A DNA stretch of 64,000 bases from contig JBHGNT010000012.1 of NCBI GenBank assembly GCA_043228905.1, forward strand, positions 8,866,001 to 8,930,000. Direction: 5' to 3'. The position numbers and the translations under genes are program-made. This document shows positions 59,019 to 64,000 of this stretch, piece after piece. The stretch's first letter is position 1, and every line of letters begins with the position of its first letter. The notes beneath the pieces were generated by a model that had not been told where the DNA came from, made no database searches, and saw only the letters and a program-made list of their open reading frames with translations. The stretch is from Azolla caroliniana (Eukaryota; Plantae; Polypodiophyta).

Positions 59019-62000
59019 TGTTGGGATTTCGGTCCCTTCGGATGGGATGGTCGGATGTCGGAGATGAATGACGACAAGCCCGGTTGCGGTTTCGGAACCG
59101 GATGATGAAGATCCCGGCTTCGGAGCCGGATGACGAATGTACCCGGAGAGAGATCCGGATGCGGGGACATATTTGTGAATATGTTTGCCAAGGGCCCTTG
59201 AGGCTATAGTTGTAAATAGCCCGAAAGTCATATGTGTATAAATATGACTTAGGGCAAACAGTTTTAATGTTGTTGCTCATTTTTCTGTTTTCATCTAGAG
59301 GGAGCGAAGTGAGAGCAGCCGTGAGAGAGAGGAAAGGAAGAGGTCGACGCCTCTGTGTAATACCGCCGCCTGTGGCGAGGATAGCGAGCTCAAGGTCGTC
59401 GCCTTGCAGCTCGCCATTGTATATTTCCCAGCGTATAGTGATAGTTGGAGCCTTGCACTCCCGTGGTTTTTCCCGTCTAGGGTTTTCCACGTTAATCCCT
59501 GTGTATTCGTGTCTTTCTCTGTGTTTCCGATTTTTCTGCTGCATTGATTCGCGCTTCCTCGGTTGTGGCCGAGCGGTGAAGGTTGAATCGAAGCGTCGAT
59601 TCCCAACAAACTGGTATCAGAGCGACTGCAGTGCAGAAAATGGAAGGCGGCAGCAGCGGGCAGCCGGGGATGATGGTGCTGAATGCGCAGAACTACGCCG
59701 ACTGGAAGATAAAGATGGAGGATCTGCTGATTGTTCGGGACCTGTATGAACCGATCGACAGGTTGGAAATACCCAAGGGGGTACTTGAGACGAAATGGAG
59801 GTTTCTGAACCGGAAAGCCGTTGCAACCATTCGGCAATACGTCGACGTGAGCGTTCTACAACATGTGGCGAACGACACCAACGCATATGAGATGTGGCGG
59901 AAGCTGTCGGGCCTCTACGAGAGGAAGAATGCGTTGAACCGGACCTCCCTGATGAGGAAGATAGTGAACCTCAAGTACCGGGACGGCGAGAGTATGGTGG
60001 AACACGTAAGCACGTTCATGGGATTCGTGAACCAGCTTGCGGCGATCAAGTTCCCGCTGGAGGATGCAATGCAAGCCATCATTTTGATGTGTACATTGCC
60101 GGAAAGCTGGGAGAACTTGGTGGTGACTCTCAGCACCTCCTGCACCGAAGATAACTTGTCCCTACAAACGGTAAAGACAAGTATTTTGAACGAAGAAGCG
60201 CGTCGGAGAGATAAAGAACCGGCCTCCGATCCGAAGATGTTGTTTACCGAATCGGATCGGGGAAGACAACGGAACCGGAGTCCGCAAAGACGGGAGAAGT
60301 CGGGGACCCGATCGCAGTCAAGAGGAAGGCCCACATGCTTCCACTGTGGGAAGCCGGGGCACTTCCGAAAGAATTGTCGGCATTACCGAAAAGACAACGG
60401 AGCCGACGACACTGATTCGAAGAAGTCTTCGGAACGGAACGGTGCTTACCGGGGAGCCACGGACCGGAATGGTTCGGATCGGCGAGGGCAGGACCGGAAA
60501 GGAATGACGGCACTCGCGGCAAGTGAAGAGGAGATCATGCTCATCACCGAAGAAGGTGAACTAAACATTGCCGGCGATGAGACTACCTGGGTGGTCGATT
60601 CCGGAGCGTCGTTCCACCTGACCCCGGAAAGAAGATACTTCTCATCCTACACAGCCGGTGAGCATGGCTGTGTTCGGATGGGAAATGAAGGTACGTGCCG
60701 GATTGCCGGCATAGGAGACGTGTGGTTGACAACCTCGACCGGATGCAAAATGTTGCTGAAGGATGTCAGACACGTTCCGGAGGTTCGATTGAACCTGATT
60801 TCGGCCGGGAGGCTAGACGATGAAGGCTACACAGGTAGCATCCGGAACGGCGTAATGAAGTTCAGCAAGGGGAGCCTGATAGTGGCTCGGGCCCGGAAAG
60901 TCAACACACTGTACCTTATGAATGCCTGGTTGTGTCCGGAAGAGTTGAACGTGGCAGCCGACACTGCCGGTGAGCTGTGGCACAAGAGACTGTGCCACAT
61001 GAGTGAGAAGGGGATGAAGAGGCTTGCAGAAGACAACCTTATTCCAGTGAAGCATGTGCACCTGGAGAAGTGCACCGATTGCCTGGCCGGTAAGCAGAAC
61101 CGAACCTCCTTCCACTCAAGGCCACCGACGAGACGTAGCGCACCATTGGAGTTGGTGCACACTGACGTGTGTCAGGTAGAAACGAAGTCACATGGCGGAG
61201 CCCAGTACTTCGTGACATTCATAGATGACCATAGCCGGAAGCTGTGGACGGCACCGCTGAAGACAAAGGACCAAGTGTTGTCCGTCTTCCAAGAACTCCA
61301 CGCGAGAGTGGAAAGAGAATCCGGCAAGAAACTGAAAGCGATACGAGCGGATAACGGAGGGGAATACCGGGGGCAGTTCAAGGAGTACTGTCGCTCGAAG
61401 GGAATCCGGCTCGAGTTTACTGTGCCGAAGACGCCGGAACTAAATGGGCTAGCCGAGAGGATGAACCGGACCATAATGGAGAGGGTCCGGAGTATGCTGG
61501 CGCATGCGAAATTGCCCAAGGGGTTTTGGGCTGAGGCAATGTCGACGGCGACATACGTGATAAACAGATCACCCTCAGTACCTTTGGACGGAGACACGCC
61601 GCAGAGAGTGTGGACCGGTAGGGAAGTATCCTACCGGCATCTGAAGGTGTTCGGGTGTCTCGCATATGTGCATGTGGCTAAGGACCGGAGAGGAAAGCTA
61701 GATCCAAAGACCCGGCCATGCATATTCCTCGGTTACGGCGATGACGAGTTCGGCTACCGAGTATGGGACCCGGTCGACAAGAAGATATTCCGGAGTCGTG
61801 ATATCATCTTCATGGAGAACAAGACACTCGCCGACTGGGAGTCGGAGAAGAAGATGAAGAGCTCCAAGTCGACCGGTGAGGATCAACTCTACGAGGAGCA
61901 GTCCCGACCGGCAAGGGACCGGTTAGCACTCGAGGATCCGGCCGAAGACGGTGAAGAAACAGAACCGGCCGAGGAAGATGAAACCGATACCGGAACCGGC

Positions 62001-64000
62001 CCCGATCCCGAAATGGATTCGGATGAAGAGGAAATGGAGGAGCCGGTTACCGAAGCTCCGGAACGGAGATATCCTCTAAGAGAGAGAAGGGCCCCCCGGA
62101 GATTTCCGGAACCAGAGCACGTGCTGCTAACCGACGAGGGGGAGCCGGAGAGCTTTGAAGAAGCAAAGCATGACACCCAGAGCCGCAGGTGGTTGAGTGC
62201 CATGCAGGACGAGATGGATTCCCTGCATGAGAACCACACATATGAACTTGTGGAGTTGCCGAAAGGAAAGCGGGCACTTCGGAACAAGTGGGTGTTCAAG
62301 CTGAAACCGGGAGATGCCGAAAACCCCCCGAGATACAAAGCCAGGATCGTGGTGAAGGGGTTTCAGCAGAAGAAGGGCGTCGACTTCGACGAGATATTTG
62401 CCCCGGTAGTGAAGATGACCTCCATCCGGACGGTGCTGAGCATAGCGGCAAGCATGGACCTCGAGGTAGAACAGATGGACGTGAAGACGGCATTCCTTCA
62501 CGGTGACCTCGAAGAAGAGATCTACATGCAGCAACCGGAAGGATTTGAGAAGAAAGGGAAGGAGCACCTGGTATGCCGGTTGAAGAAGAGCCTTTACGGA
62601 CTGAAGCAGGCTCCCCGGCAATGGTACTGGAAGTTCGACTCTTTCATGACCGACGAAGGGTACCTCAAAACGCAGTCCGACCACTGCGTGTTTGTGAAGA
62701 AGTTCGAAGGAGGAGACTTTCTAATACTCCTCCTGTACGTACATGTTGATCGTCGGACGGGACCAGGTCAAGATACGGATGCTGAAGAAGGCTCTTCACC
62801 GAACCTTCTCAATGAAGGACTTGGGTCCGGCGAGACAAATACTAGGGATGCACATCATCCGGGACCGGAGCAAGAAGCAGTTGTGGCTGTCACAGGAGAA
62901 GTACGTGACAAAGGTGCTTAAACGGTTCAACATGTCAGAAGCAAGACCGGTCGGATCGACCCTCCCGGCAAACTGCAAGCTGACCAGCAAGCAAAGCCCC
63001 AAGACAAAGGCTGAGAAGGAGGACATGATGAAAGTGCCATATGCCTCTGCCGTCGGAAGCTTGATGTATGCAATGGTGTGTACAAGACCGGACATTGGAT
63101 ACGCAGTCGGAGTGGTGAGCCGGTACATGAGCAATCCCGGCAAAGAGCATTGGAACGCGGCCAAGTGGATACTCCGATACCTGAAGGGCACGGCAAACGT
63201 GTGCCTCCGATTCGGCTCCGGTAAGCCCGAACTCGACGGCTTCACCGATTCGGATATGTCGGCTGATGCAGATACCAGCCGGTCCACATCAGGGTATGTG
63301 ATGACGTATGCAGGGGGAGCTGTTTCATGGCAGTCGAGGCTGCAGAAGACGGTTGCGTTGTCAACCACGGAGGCGGAGTACATGGCGGCTGTTGAAGCTG
63401 GCAAGGAAATAATATGGATGAAGGACTTCATTAGAGAGCTCGGTATCCAGCAGGAGGAGTACCGACTCTACTGCGACAGTCAGAGTGCCATCCACCTTGC
63501 GAAGAACGCAGCCTATCACTCCCGGACGAAGCACATCCAGCGAAGATATCACTGGATCCGGGAAAGGATAGAAGACAAGGAGTTCGTGCTGACGAAGGTC
63601 CACACGGACGAGAACGGGTCGGATATGCTGACCAAGGTCCTCACACCCGACAAGCTGGAAGCATGCCGGAAGAGGATCGGATTGGAGAGACATCCCATGC
63701 CGAAGTGAAGGGGGAGTTTGTTGGGATTTCGGTCCCTTCGGATGGGATGGTCGGATGTCGGAGATGAATGACGACAAGCCCGGTTGCGGTTTCGGAACCG
63801 GATGATGAAGATCCCGGCTTCGGAGCCGGATGACGAATGTACCCGGAGAGAGATCCGGATGCGGGGACATATTTGTGAATATGTTTGCCAAGGGCCCTTG
63901 AGGCTATAGTTGTAAATAGCCCGAAAGTCATATGTGTATAAATATGACTTAGGGCAAACAGTTTTAATGTTGTTGCTCATTTTTCTGTTTTCATCTAGAG
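59019..64000 (+). mobile_element. Young Ty1/copia element I (close relative of G); 3' LTR cut by the window end
   Basis: 5' LTR 59019-59608; PBS-Met 59612-59623; PPT before 3' LTR starting 63719; visible LTR parts look identical. Confidence 0.96.
59640..63708 (+). pseudogene. gag-pol: Copia I gag-pol with a single 5-bp deletion in the RT YVDD motif
   Basis: TACGT^ACATG at 62740/62741 vs TACGTGGACGACATG in G; ORFs 59583-62921 and 62743-63708 otherwise collinear with G. Confidence 0.93.

Overview
Land-plant heterochromatin-type DNA made almost entirely of nested LTR retrotransposons. I found no convincing host gene. A non-seed-plant host (fern, lycophyte or bryophyte) is inferred only from the mix of element lineages. 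Resolved by LTR pairs, PBS/PPT and target-site duplications (TSDs): (i) five Tork/Tnt1-like Ty1/copia copies, one with an uninterrupted 1357-aa gag-pol (34925-38998); (ii) three copies plus an RT fragment of a second Copia family whose Pol frame runs on past RNase H; (iii) two near-complete tRNA-Trp-primed non-chromovirus Ty3/gypsy elements (8544-14858 minus, 41829-49233 plus) plus two lone LTRs of the same group; (iv) a Tcn1-like chromovirus, a Tat-like non-coding element and possible DNA-transposon remnants. Nesting reaches four levels. The most unusual signals all belong to the Trp-primed Gypsy group. Its LTRs carry tRNA-like Pol III A/B-box cassettes flanking an RY/E2F-motif Pol II promoter. 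A GGATTTT -1 frameshift site with a covarying pseudoknot sits after the protease. Its target sites are 4 bp and all read NCGG. Coordinates were counted by hand; boundaries called approximate may be off by some bases.
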